In this document: piece after piece, positions 38,084 through 52,871 of the stretch
Numbering within the stretch: the first letter of the stretch is position 1
Layout: each line of letters starts with the position of its first letter
Source of the DNA: Okamejei kenojei
Lineage: Eukaryota
DNA: 64,000 nt
Reading direction: 5' to 3'
Assembly: GCA_035221665.1 (NCBI GenBank)
Contig: CM069141.1
Coordinates: forward strand, 32,860,001 to 32,924,000
Program-made: the position numbers and the translations under genes
The notes under the pieces: generated by a model
Databases searched by the model: none
What the model saw: only the letters and a program-made list of their open reading frames with translations
Told to the model about the DNA's origin: nothing

Positions 38084-41000
38084 TAAAGTTTGAGTAATTA
38101 AGCTATTTGCTGTTTTACTAGGTAACGTAGATGGTGAGCTAGTGATAGAAGTCTGATGAACCAGACAGGGTGGGATTAAAATTGCAAGGTATATATAAAA
38201 TTGTAAGCCTGTTTTTATTTTCTTGGACAAGCAGCATGTACTTTATATGTGCTTGATAATGCAGTCACACCGATACGTGGGAAGGTTTGAGATAAGCACA
38301 TTCCACACAGTGGTCTAATATTTTGTGAATTCTTACCCATGCCACAATCAGTGTATATAACCAAAAACCAAACAACTGCAGATGCTGGAAATCTGAAAGA
38401 AAAACAAATGGTGGGAATAGTCAGGCAGCATCTGAAAGTAACAGAGCAAATGTTTCAAGTTAATGATCCTTCATCATAAGTCCTAAATCTTAGGGGAATG
38501 ATTCAAACAAATGAACTTAACCAAACGTCACGAGGAGTGTATTTACCTTTAAATTAGTCAATATTAACTGGTCTTAAGATCACCCAATCTGTTCTGTAGT
38601 CTGGTCAGATGTTATTTTGTAAAGTCAGTTTTGAATTTACCCCACTTCAGTTGTATATTGTATTATTTATTTTTTGTTCTAGACAAGATGAAATAGCTTG
38701 TAATGTCCTATATCACATGAAGAATTATTGGTGTTTGGGCCACTGTCATGTACTTCATTCATATCATATCATATCATGTAATATTTTGATATGAACAAAA
38801 GTAGGCCATGCAGCCCATTGAATCGATGCTAGCTTATTCCAAACATCCACCCCCCCCCCCCCCCCAACTTCCATGGAACTTGTTTGCTTTGACCCTTGAT
38901 TCTGCTATCGCACCTCTGCACCTTGGATGATTAACAGTAGATATTCAACCCAAACACCCACTAGCCCATTGGGATGTGAGAGGAAACAGGAATATCTAGG
39001 ATAAAGCCAGGTATTCACAGAGAATCTGCAGCCTCCTCACAGGCAGCACCAGACATAGGTAGCTGAAGCTGAGCAGCACAAGCTGCTGTGTCACAAGCCA
39101 TGAAAATGGACTGTGTCAGATTAATCTGAAAATCCAATTTTAAGGTTTCAAATTTTTTGTAGAATGAGCATTGTAATCCCTGCATTTGTGCTACTGCCCA
39201 CAAAGAGAAGATCTTAAAAACCTACAAGTTTATGTATCGCAGTGCCTTTTGATTGGTGTGATTTCACACATGGGCAACTGCTACACTGCCATGGAGCTGA
39301 CGATTTCAAGATTCCAGCGGAGAAAATGTGAGTTAATTGTAGAGCTCAGTAATATGATCAGGCTACCTTGATTTATTCTTACCGCTGCATCAAATCTGAC
39401 TATGGAAAATTGAGTCTGGCTCCACTTTGCTGTCACTTTCTGAAATTTGACAGAATCTCTCTGCACAGCTGGTAAACCACTAACCAGTGATATGGGTGTC
39501 TGCTCAAAATGGCCATTTGACCAGTGGAAAATGAACACATTGAAAAAAACTGGGTGTATTGATATAGCCTGCAAAAAAGTTTATTCCAGAAAGCTTTAAT
39601 ATGATATTTGAGGTATTTGGGCCAATTAATTGAATAATTTTAAATGTGATGGCTTAAAAATGTATGTCCTTCAACATATTGTTAAATGTTACAGCTTATT
39701 TTAACCAGTTTTCCATTATGTTAAAGAGTAAATGTAATACTGCTTCAAGCTGTTTCGGAAAAAAACTATCTGCATCACAGTATTTGTTAAGGACAGTTAA
39801 CTATATAATGACATCTTTCCCGTATATGTTGAGGCTTAGTGTTTTGTTCTTTCTCGCCAATATTGGACTGAACAGCTAACTCAGGCTGGAATTCAGAGAT
39901 ATTGAATTTAGATAATTTATGTGCCCTTTATCTCAAATACCATATCTTCAAGCTTGCTAGCTTGATGACTAAGAACATACCTGGCTGGATACACTTGTTA
40001 TAAAGAAACCAGAGCAAATGAGTGACTAAGTCATGGTTTAATTTATTTATTATTGTGATCACGGTTTATGTTTGAAAGGAATGGGTCTGGAAATATCACA
40101 AAAGCAACATGGTATTGTGTTAGTTGACTGAGTTCAAGTCAGAGAACAAAACATTAGAATTTTAATTAATGTAGCTCATAGAGGGTAGGATTTAAAAATT
40201 GCAGCCTCTTACCTTGTTTTAGAAATGCCTTGCTTATTCTCAACAGAATTATTTTGCTATGTTGGCATATAAACATCTATTCAATCTGCAAATTCTCACA
40301 TCTTTCTAATACTATTGTTTTGGGGAACTGCTTATACTGTGTTTATTTAATCAATAGAAATCCCAGAAATATTTACATTATTTTACAAATAATATGCTGG
40401 TAACATTAAATCTTAAAAGGGTTGATGTGCAGCAACCAAATGAGATCTAAGATGAGAGTTTAATAGCAAGTTACTATGGTAACACTAACACATGCTGTTT
40501 TTAGACATTGTACGACATAGTGTTTGCAGTGGCAAAACGTGCCAAGCTGGAAAAGGGAATATTTAACTTAGATTTGTTTAAAAAGGGATAAAAAGTCATT
40601 CAGAAGTACAGTGGGTACATTGAGCTTCATAGCATAGCATCCTTCACAAAAAGTGAGTGTTGTGAATTAACCTTGTTTAAGTCAAGAGATTTGCTTTGTT
40701 CCATTGTTTGCTAAGCAGGATTTTGCAGAATAAATCTCTTGTGAATTTGCACATACACAATATTCCCTGTAATATTTGTTTCTCAATACCTCATACTGGT
40801 TCTTTAGGAGCTACATTTAGACGAGGCAACTGTTAGATAGCCAAATCAAACTGAACATTTACTGTATGAGAGCAACATAAATTAGGATTATCAATGGCAC
40901 CTGCATTTAAGGGAAAATGTTCATTAAGGTATAAATTGGCTAGAAATATTAACAGAGGAACTGTTCTGATGACTTAAATTGCTTCTACACTGTAACTGAG

Positions 41001-41601
41001 CCACAACAGCTTGATGAAAAGTTGATCGCCAGTCTGTGCTAATTAGTTCATCTCACCTGAAGAAAAACAACTGGTCTCTAGTTAAGAAAGGGAGACAACT
41101 GATTCCTGCTCTTGATTATTAACCAGTGATTTAGTAATTATAAGCATATGGATGTAGATACCAGTCAAGGATATGAATTAGCTCTACAGTGAATTCCTTT
41201 CCCCCTCAATGGTATAGAATAGCCTGCCAAGATGAAGCAATCTAATGCAGGATGACTGTTTGCCACGTATGGGAATATGACTCGTACCTGCAGAAGTGCA
41301 CTCCAGCAAAATGTTTGCTTTATCTGAGGAGGCGGTGGGAGAAAATGAGGACTGATGAAGAAATTATGAATTCATCCCTTTGGAAACGTTGTTGAGGGAA
41401 TCAGTAAAAAAACAGTGTATTCAATAAATTATTTGAACCGCCATTCAGAAATAATGATAGAAGGCAAATTTTAAACCAATTGAATTTGGTATAGGAATTA
41501 AAAATTGCAGTTTGTGGCAATTTCCTATGCACAATTTTTCCTAATATTGCAAGAAAAGTTATAGTTATTACAAAATGGCTTATTCTCTTTCATTCATTTA
41601 A

Positions 41602-41805
<204 letters not shown>

Positions 41806-42966
41806 TAAATACTAATTCCTTCTTTAGAGGAAACCAAATAAAACTGCAGATGCTGTAATCTGAAACAAAAACAGAAATACTGGAAATGTGGAAAGGGTAA
41901 TCAGTTAATGCTTCAGGTCAGGGACCCTTCCTATTCTCTGCGAACATTGATGACTGGCTAAGCTCTTCAAACATTTCTCTTTTCCCATTCATTATTATTC
42001 AATTGTATGTTAAAGCCCCAGTATAAGTAATACTGTGTGTCAGGCTTTTCACTTTTATGCTTTTTTTAATGACCCATTTCTTCTGTTTTAGAAGGAATGG
42101 AGAAGTAGATTTAGTGGCCCAAATGGCCTAATTCTGCTCTTATGACATGAATCGGGTGGGCCAAAGGGCTTGCTTCCTCGCTATATCTCTTTAAAAAGAT
42201 GTTTTTAATCTAAAAATCTCAGCCAGACTGACCAGTTTATATTTTGGATAGTTCAGGAGTGTATTGAAGGAGGCACAGGGACTGGTAAGGAACCTGTGTA
42301 GGAGGTTTGAGTTAAATCCCAACCCCAGAAAAAAAGTTGTATGGAGCTCCTGGTTATGACTGTTCCGTTAACTGGCCATGAGATCCAGTAGCAGGGTAGG
42401 GCATCTCATGGGATGAAAGTTGCTTAATTGGCTGGAGAAAGATCTCTGCTCTCCTAACCATTAACTGTGCTGTAGGGAGGCATAATTCTTCTTGAAGCAG
42501 TCTTTGACTTACATCTTTGAATTGTTGGCAGACTTGCATCTTTGAATTGTTGGATTTCTGAAGACAGACTGGGCCCTGCAAAGGAAAAGGTTTAGGTTTT
42601 AGTCTCTTTTCCAAGTTTTTGGTGGTAAGAACCCGGTGCTTTTTTTCAAGATAACAATGGAATTTTGTATAAGATTATTTGAAAGTATTTCTATATTTAT
42701 GAAGGCCATCTACCAGCACTCTAAATTTATTCAGAAAACTGTTTGAGCTAATTATTTTGTGTAGTGTTTAATAATCATTAACTGGAGATTAGTTCTGTGA
42801 GCTTATAAGCTTTTCTAAATAGTATTTACTTTAATTTTTATTTAATTGATAAAATAATTGCTCTAAAGTAATTTCAGGATTCACCTTACTGCAATTAGAG
42901 AGTCAAAATATATCTCACAGGACCTTCATTTCTTCTTATGCCAAACAAATTACCAACTCTTCTTAA

Positions 42967-43136
42967 GAATGAAATGGGCAACATTTCAGGCCGAGACCCT
43001 TCTTCAGACTGGAGAAGGGTTTTGGCCCGAAACGTTGCCTATTTCCTTCGCTCCATAGATACTGCCGCACCTGCTGAGTTTCTCCAGCATTTTTGTCTAC
43101 CTTCGATTTTCCAGCATCTGCAGTTCCTTCTTAAAC
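42967..43136. mobile_element. Penelope-derived fold-back element with two back-to-back hammerhead-like motifs and 15-bp TSD
   Basis: Minus: ctgaagaagggtctcggcctgaaatgttgccc; plus: ctggagaagggttttggcccgaaacgttgcc; TSD accaact(c/a)ttcttaa at 42952-42966 and 43137-43151. Confidence 0.8.
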
Positions 43137-44282
43137 ACCAACTATTCTTAATTATTTTACAAAATCATAGAAGGAATGTTTTACACCCTGAAAATGATTC
43201 ATGCGTACATGTCAAGTAGTAAGTTTATAAAATCTAATAAAAAAGTATTTTATGTAGGAGGTTTATTGCTCTTGGTCATGGTAACTACACTCAACCATGC
43301 AAATAATTTGCTTTCAATCCTGGATTCAAGTAGCATTCAACGTTAGGAGCAACCAGCAGCTTTCCCAGCCCTCCATTAGGTTAATAAACTTCTCCTTTGA
43401 TTATAGCTGAGTACAGATCCTTCCTGAGTTGTGGACTCAACTTATAGAGTCCTTGTACATATAAACGAGTGGCAGCATTAACAGCCGCTCTTGCCATGCC
43501 TGCTTATTCTCCTGACATGGCAGTTGCTGTGAACCTCTCCCAGGCACTGTTTTTGTTCATTTCTGACTTACGAACAGTTCAAATTATGAACAGTCCTCAG
43601 AAACAGAACCCTGTTGCAACCTGGTGGCTTCCTGTACTTAACAGGTAAATCCAAAAGATCACCAAGGTATCAGCATTGTCTGCATAATCGGAGAATCTAT
43701 TGATAATGGAATGGAGAACTCCGCAGCAGAGGCAATCATGGAAAAGGACGCATACCTTCCATCCAAATTCACATCACACTTGCCACCTCTTCACTAATGA
43801 TTTAGTAACACGTTAGAATATAATTTATTTTCCCCTCAGGTATTTAGCCAACTCCCTTTTGAAAATGCTGACACTGTTTTTATCTCCTTCAGATAGTCTG
43901 CCCCTGCAGCTAAGATCCCTTGCCTCCTGAACTATTTCCAATAAACCTGATTTGCATTCTCGTCACATCTTTCTAAAAGTGTGTTGTCCAGACTTGGATG
44001 CATCGCTTTAGCTGCACCCTAAACATTTTTTACATCGATAGATTATCAGAGTGGGTGACATTGGAGCATGATAAAAATGCATTTGGAAATGCTATTTAGT
44101 ATTAATATTTATCAAATTAAATGTTTTTGAAATAACTACATTTTTTCAAAATAAGTAGCTATTCCTAGAGTCGGAGAGTACGAAAACAGGCCTATCAGCC
44201 CAACTTGCCAAGATGCCCCATCTACACTGGACCCACATGCCCACATATGACCTATATCCCTCTAGATCTTTCCTATCTATGC

Positions 44283-45920
44283 GGTAAATAGTATTGGGTA
44301 AGCTAATGGGACTGAAGGATGATAAATCCCCTGGGCCTGCTGGTCTGCATCCCAGGGTCCTCAGGGAGGTGGCTCAAGAAATAGTGGACGCATTGGTGAT
44401 CATTTTCCAATGTTCAATAGATTCAGGATCAGTTCCTGTGGATTGGAGGATAGCTAAAGTTATCCCACTTTTCAAAAAAGGAGCGAGAGAGAAAACGGGG
44501 TATTACAGAGCAGTTAGCCTGACTTCGGTGTTGGGAAAGATGCTGGAGTCAATTATTAAAGAGGTAATAATGGGGCATTTGGATAGCAGTAAAAGGATTC
44601 ATCCAAGTCAACATGGATTTATGAAAGGGAAATCATGCTTGACTAATCTTCTGGAATTTTTTGAGGATGTGACAAGTAAAATGGATGAAGGGGTGCCAGT
44701 CGATGTAGTGTATCTAGACTATCAGAAAGCCTTTGATAAGGTCCCGCATGGGAGACTGGTAACTAAAATTAGAGCACATGGTATTGGGGGTAGGGTGTTG
44801 ACATGGATAGAACATTGGTTGACAGACCGGAAGCAAAGAGTAGGAGTGAATGGTTCCTTTTCAGAATGTCAGGCAGTGGCGAGTGGAGTGCCGCAAGGCT
44901 CGGTATTGGGGCCGCAACTGTTTACCATATATATTAATGATTTGGAAGAGGGAATTCGGAGCAACACTCGCAAGTTTACGGATGACACAAAGCTGGGTGG
45001 CTGTGTGAACTGTGAAGAGGATGTTAGGAGGTTGCAGGGTGACCTGGACAGGTTGAGTGAGTGGGCAGATGCATGGCAGATGCAGTATAATATAGATAAA
45101 TGTGAGGTTATCGACTTTGGTGGCAAAAATAAGGGGGAAGAATATTATCTCAATGGGGTTAGGTTAGGTAAGGGGGAGGTACAGCGAGACCTGGGTGTCC
45201 TTGTACACCGGTCACTGAAAGTTGGCATGCATGCACAGCAGGCAGTGAAGAAAGCTCATGGAATGTTGGCCTTCTTAACAAGAGGATTTCAGTATAGGAG
45301 TTAAGAGGTTCTTCTGCAGTTGTATAGGGCTCTGTTGAGATCACATCTGGAGTATGGTGTACAGTTTTGGTCTCCTAATTTGAGGAAGGACATCCTTGTG
45401 ATTGAGGCAGTGCAGCGTAGGTTCACGAGATTGATCCCTGGGATGGCGGGACTGTCATATTAGGAAAGATTGAAAAGACTGGGCTTGTATTCACTGGAGT
45501 TTAGAAGGATGAGGGGATATCTTATAGAAACATATAAAATTATAAAGGACTATTATAATATAATTATAAATTATACAAGCTAGATGCAGGAAAAATGTTC
45601 CCAATGTTGGGCGAGTCCAGAACCAGGGGCCACAGTCTTAGAATAAAGGGGAGGTCATTTAAGACTGAGGTGAGAAAAAACGTTTTCACCCAGAGAGTTG
45701 TGAATTTATGGAGTTCCCTGCCACAGAGGGCAGTGGAGGCCAAATCATTGGATGGATTTAAAAGAGACTTAGATAGAGCTCTAGGGGCTAGTGGAGTCAA
45801 GGGATATGGGGAGAAGGCAGGCTCGGGTTATTGATAGGGGACGATCAGCCATGATCACAATGAATGGCGGTGCTGGCTCGAAGGGCTGAATGGCCTCCTC
45901 CTGCACCTATTTTCTATGTT
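44283..45920 (+). mobile_element. Young 5'-truncated CR1 LINE (RT ORF2 fragment with premature stops), nested in an older minus-strand CR1 tail (44165-46125)
   Basis: 336-aa ORF with KSPGP, QHGFMKGKSCLTNL, YLDYQKAFDKVPH, GVPQGSVLGP, YINDL, KFTDDTKL; stops at 45302 and ~45461; 3' tail ttttctatgttt. Confidence 0.95.
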
Positions 45921-46544
45921 TCCATCCATGTACCTGCCCAAATGTCCTTTAAATGTTGTTAACGTACATGCCTTAATTACCTCCTCTTGCAGCACCATCA
46001 TTTCCATCATGTCACCCCTCAGCCTCCTGCGTTCCAAGGAATAAGTCCTACTCTGCCTAACATCTCCATACAGCTCAGGCCCTCAAGTCCTGGCAACATT
46101 CTCCTAAATCTTCTCCACATTCATTCCTAAGAATATGCACCATAATATCACCATCTGAAATAAAAAATAAATGTGGCATAGACTCTGTGGACAGTTTTGT
46201 TTCTCTACTGTCACTGCTTTATTCTACCCCATTCTGTACAGATAACAATTGTTGTTGTTCGTGGCATGCAAGCACACAATGGGGCATTCTATACCAGCAA
46301 GAATTTGTTTCACGTTCTTGCTCATTTTTTCTGCACTCTTCTATAAGCTCTATTCTGGGATATGGTTCTTCTTGTGTAATCCCAGTATATTGCCGCTGTA
46401 TTTACTTTAACAGTTGAGCTTGATCCTATCTGCAAATGACATTCCCACACCTACATCTCTATTCAGTTGTAGCCTTGACAATTCAAAGCCACATTTTCCA
46501 GTGCCAAAAAAATCTCTATCGCAAAACTTTTTTTGGCTGATATT

Positions 46545-47010
46545 TAGTTTATTCTAGAGATACAAAGCGGAAACAGGCCCTTTGGCCCAGCAATGAATTC
46601 AATATAGATATAGCTCTTAGAGCTAACGGAATCAAAGGATATGGGGAGAAAGAAGGAATGGGGTACTTTTGGATGATCAGCCATGATCATATTGAATGGC
46701 AGTGCTGGCTCGAAAGGGCCAAATAGCCTAATCCTGCACCTATTTTCTACGTTTCTATGATTCTGTGCCGACCAGCATTCATCCCGTACATTAACACTAT
46801 CCTACACACTAGGGACAATTTGCCACTTTACCAATTAAGTTACAAATCTGTATGTCTTTGGCGTGTGGGAGGAAACAGGAGCACCTGGAGAAAACCCACG
46901 CATGTCATGGGGAGAACGTGCATACTCAGTACACAAAGCACCCGTGATCAGGATCAAACCCGGGTCTCTGGTGCTATAAGGCAACAACTCTACCGCTGTG
47001 CCAACGTGGC
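46545..47010 (-). mobile_element. HE1-type V-SINE with a nested + strand CR1 3' end (about 46590-46757)
   Basis: V-domain (gtgggaggaaac.ggagcacc.ggagaaaacccac..ggggagaacgt) and tRNA-like head. Confidence 0.8.
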
Positions 47011-47653
47011 AACATAACATTGTTAGAGCATATTTAATTTGTTTAAGCAAAGAGAATAAACAAAGTTACAATTGCAACTAAATTTAATTAGTGTAAGAAT
47101 ATCTCTCAATTCAGATTGAAGCAAGATCTATATTCTATTTGATGGTAATAGAACAGAATGAATACAGAATATATTCTGGTGACGCACAGTACAGTGCATT
47201 ATAGGTCAGATCAGATGGCTTACTCTGGTAAAGCGATAAGAGTCCCGATTATAAGAGAAGAGGAAAATAGAACATTGGAACAGTAGTGACATAGACTACC
47301 CCTTCCTCTAAATCAGTTTATATTCGTTTCTTTAACCTGGACTGCTCCTGTTTTCCTTGTGGTTGTTGATAAGTTATCAATCTTTGTCAATCATTCTCTC
47401 TTGGTCTCCAACCTATCAAATACCTTTTGTTTGGTTCTCTCTGCCCCAATGCCTTTTATTTGGTTCTCTCTGCCCATTCCCAGTACTTCAGAAGGGTTAT
47501 CGTCCAGAAGTTGTCAACTGTTTCTCCGCAAGTGGTACCTGACCTGCTGGATATTTGAAAGGAACAGGTTATATTGTGGTTAATAAAAATGCAGAATGTG
47601 ATCTACCTGTCAAGTCAGAATTACTGAGCTCCCAATAAATACTTAATTGATAA

Positions 47654-47893
<240 letters not shown>

Positions 47894-49463
47894 TGATTGT
47901 CAAGTTTACGTTTGGGAGGCCTTAAAATGGAAGCCTATTTTTATGTTAACCACTTAACTACTAGGCCTTAATTAAATGGTGCGTTAAGAAGTTATTACAG
48001 CCAAATGCCTTTACTGAGGGGGGGGGGGGGGGGAACAAGTATCGAGGATCACGTAACTGTAAAGTCATGCATTTCCTGAACATATGATTTTTATTTGTGG
48101 TAGTGATCTAGCAGTCAATTAGGATGAAGGGATGAAGTTGTAATCCTGAATCAGCCCACTGTTGGATCCGTCATCGGTGCCACAGGATAACAACATGGTT
48201 GTGCTCAGGAGGTAACGGCACAAGCAGTATATGCCGATGGTGCTGAATACTGCTCCCACATTATACACTAATACAGGCCTTGAGATTTCATATTCAACTC
48301 AAGTTCTTTTAACAAGATTGCCTAAATCCACTTTCAGCAAGCCACCATATTATGAAAATGAGAAACACCTCTTTACTAATAAAATTAATTAATGAGGTAA
48401 TAAGAAGCAGCAAGCAACTCATGACTTCAAAAGAGTAGGTTTGCTAACATAATTTTATTTGTGATGACAATGTTTAGCAGAATTATTTTGGTTAGCAATA
48501 TCAATTGCAACTATACAACAGGTTTTGATGCACAGGCCAGGACTGATTTTTTGAGTATCCCAGTTAACAGACTTTTAATGACCCATCTCAATATCATTTG
48601 CTCCTTCAAAACCATTCTAAATCAATAGAGATATAAAATAAACACTTGTTTATTGGCCAGGATTGTGTAATGCTCCAAGGCAAATTCGTGTCTAACCTCA
48701 TTGGGTAGTGCCACTATAAGCAATAAGACAAATGAAACTAATGGGATAACAAAGTTAACATCATACATATGTCAAAGAAGTTTACTTTGTTTTAGGTTGG
48801 AAGTTGAATTTTCAGTCTGCAATTTTCACTGGTGTATACTCCATTCTAACAGTGCAGTATCATTTATGTTTCTGAACCATGCCTTATTTAGACTTCAGTT
48901 TGACCAGTTAAAATAAATGGCAAAGTCAAGATTATTTGTTATTTGTTCTGTTCTGCTCACAGTTATAAGCTTCTGTAAGTTATTGTGTTTAAACCAAACA
49001 GCAAAACACCAGTTTCCTTTTGAATACATCTACAAAGTAATATTCACTCTGTCCCAAGCATTGTTAATTACAAGACTTTAAAGTTTCAGACTAATCTTAA
49101 AATCACATTGATAGTCACACCGGGCACGACATGTTTGAAATAAATTGTTTTGCTACAAATTCAGTCCAGAGGATTTAAATTGGGCTATGAAAATAATATG
49201 CTGCAGGAAATTCTGTTCAATGAAAGTGTCTTGATGGGAAACTTCCTACAGCTTTTTCTAGACATCCTGTTGGGAAAACAGATGGAATGCAAGAATATGT
49301 TAGGTATACTTGATAATTATCACTGTATTACATAACCATCAAGCTACACTGTTAAGGCATATTCTTCATTAACAGTTAATGTACTACATGTGTTGAGAAA
49401 AGGTATTGCCTTTGTACTGGATTTCTCTAAAGAAAAAACTAATGTACATTTCCCTTTGCTTAG

Positions 49464-49727
<264 letters not shown>

Positions 49728-50279
49728 TAATTTTGAATTGTAGTAAGATTATCGCGATCTGCAGGGACTTCTATATCAGGTTTGCTTCCAACTGTGATGT
49801 TTAAGAGCTGCTTATGTTTGGTTTGGAAATGAATAACTGAAACAATTTCTTGCTCTGAAGACAGCGACTGAATTTTTTTTTTTCTTTATCCTTTACTACT
49901 TAATGACCACAGACTAAAAGAACCCTCAGTGGACAACAATGTATTTTGCACTACTGATATTTCAGCTCATTTCTAAAGTTCAAAATGCCAATTTAGTCAG
50001 ATGATCAATTTTGAGTACAAAATGAAGTTGAGTACAGTAATAGTCCCATGGATAAATAAAATGTATAACACTTTATTGAGCATTAATTACTGCACCAACA
50101 TATTTTGGGCAGTCACATGATATTCTACCGTCAGCTAATTTTACAGTGATATTAACTCTAACCTTTTTAAATAAAATGGTTAATAGCTTTTTAAAAGAGA
50201 TGAAGGGAAATTAACCAAAAAGTTATGTGTGCATCCATTCACAGCAGCAACAGTAATGTTCACCTGATGCAAAGGAGTA

Positions 50280-50585
50280 GTTTTAGTTTAGTTTAGAGAT
50301 ACAGCACGGAATCAGGCCCTTTGGCTCACCGAGTCCGCACCAACTAGCGATCCCCGCACATTACCACTATCCTACACACTAGAGACAATTTACAAATACA
50401 CCAAGCCAATAAACCTACATACGTGTATGACTTTGGGGTATGGGAGGAATCCGAAGATCTCAGAGAAAATCCACCCGGTCACGGGGAGAACGTACATACT
50501 CCGTACAGAGAGCATACAAAGTCAGGATCGAACCCAGGTCTCTGCCGCTGCAAGGCAGCAACTCTACTGCTATGCCACTGTGCCG
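50280..50585 (-). mobile_element. HE1-type V-SINE
   Basis: (tttag)n tail, V-domain, ggatcgaaccc B-box on the minus strand. Confidence 0.85.
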
Positions 50586-52871
50586 TATATGTTTATTATC
50601 TTCTATTGCCCCTAACCCATGACATATTTGCCCCTTAAAATCTCTCGGTAATTTAGATATATAGAAAAGACTAGAACAAAAGAGACAACTGTACTTAAAT
50701 ATTTGGTAAAGAGGCCATGAGGTTTAATTCTTTTATATTACAATTTTAAGATATCACCATTAACAGTGATATTAACTCTAACCTTTTAATATCATCATTG
50801 ATTGTCTACTTGGAATGTTTAAATACTGTAACATAGTACATGCAATCCTAAATGTGAATTTTAGCAGGTTAAATGGATCAAGACGAAATATCAGCTATCA
50901 CAGTTTTTAATTAGGGCATTAGGACATATTTCACTAAGACATAAAGCACTGGACAACCATTGAGATAGGTTTGATGTACAGACACTGTTCTGATGTGGAG
51001 TATATGAAAATCCTTTTTACACAGTTCACTCTCAAAAACAACAGTGTGATTATGGGCAAACAATCAGTTTTAAAACTGTTGATTGCAGAATCAGTATTGA
51101 CCTGGCAATAATTGGCAATTATTTCTGTTCTCTTTGTCAAAATAGTGCCCATCCATCTGTACTACCCAAAACACCAATCAGTCCGTCCGCTTTACATCTT
51201 CTTTGAAAGGTGTCTGTGCCTCTGTTAGTGTAGCATTCTTTCAGATACACTCTGTGGTGTCAGTCTCTACATCTGCAGTCAAGCTTCCAGTTTGTTACAC
51301 AAAATAACAAGAGATGGCTTGTGCCATCCAAGTCCACAACTTATAAACAAAGTTACTGCAGTTTTGACAACATGAGCAAAGGATTGATTTTATGATCCTG
51401 TCACTGCAGTATTTAATGTTGAATATCAATGGTTTATTTATTGTCATGTGTAGCAGGTACAGTGAAATACATTTTTTGCATGCAGCTCAGCAAGACTATC
51501 CCTGTACATAAGCACAATCCCCCAGTCAGTACAGAATGTACAGAACAGTCAATTGAGTCCATATGCAATGCATTAATATAAAAATATATATTCCTTTTAT
51601 TAGAATTATATTTAATTTAATCAATTTCTGTTCTTCTTTGATGATAAAATATAGTTACTAATGGCCTGAAAAACTACTCAAAAGAATAATAACTATTATA
51701 TGCATGCATGTTAGGCATGCACTTTTATATTCTGACTAAATCTGTTGGTATTTCCATGGGATGTTTAAATTAGAAGCTTTTGTCATGGAGATTTGATTTC
51801 TGTCAGTCTGAACCATCGCTTGGGGAAATTGAGAAAGAAAATAAACAACCTTTCTGGAGTAAATCATGTTTTTATTGGTGCGGATCATAACTGATCATTT
51901 TTGTCTGATACCTGATCTCCTTGAATTTTCCACTCTGGTTTTCCTCTGATTGTTCACAGCTTCTCTGAGGGAATCAGAGTAATGGGTTGTTTTAGTTAGG
52001 AAAAGCTTACCTCCCCATTGGCTTTTCAGATGGTGTGATCCCCGCAGCAGGACTGTGTGCTGCTGTGAAAATCTTCTACGGTTTCCTTCCATTGTTTCAC
52101 ACATGAATTTCTGGGTTAAACCTTTTTGTGACATGAATACAGTGGAACATTAGATACAGACATAACCTCAGACAACACAAAGGCCCTGGGTCACCAAAGA
52201 AAGAAAGTGAAAGCCCAACTTGAGTAACTCTTATATAGACATGTAACTTATGCACAAACATCATTACAACATTCAAATCTGCTCAAGTTTAAACTCGCCA
52301 CAATGATGTTCCAACCACTCTCCCACATTCAAAAGGATCATCATTCTTTGCTGGTCAGGCAGCTTCTCTGAAGAATGTGGATAGATGAGGGTCCCGACAC
52401 GCAACGTCATCTATCCAAGTTCTCCAGAGATGTTGCCTGACTGGCTGAGTTACTCCATCCAGCACTTTGTGCCTTTTTCTGTATGCCAGCATCTGCAGTC
52501 CCTTGTGTATCTCTGTCATCATTCTTTGCTATCCCTATTCCTGATTATTATTACATACCTCTATTATCTCTAACACTATTATCTCTCTCCATGGTCTTTG
52601 CTCTTTTCTCAACTGCATCATTCATTGCCCTAGTCAGATCATGCATTTTTTATTCCATATTATTCCTCCTCTGTGACATCAGGCATATGCAGTCCTAATA
52701 TAATCTACAGAAGAGGTTTTTTTCCTGTATTTTCCATGTGGTGTTAGTGCTAGTGAAATCCTCTACTCTCTCAACAGCAGTTACAGGTAAAGATTTATTG
52801 GACTCAACAGCCAAGATGTAAAATGGGCTGCCTATATGCTGATGCTCATGTGTTGCATTTTATTCACTTAG

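Noticed and set aside
43820-43846. Pyrimidine tract + CAG|GTATTT recursive splice site
   Set aside because: Resembles a decayed CR1 3' tail segment in a short intron, with a weak donor.
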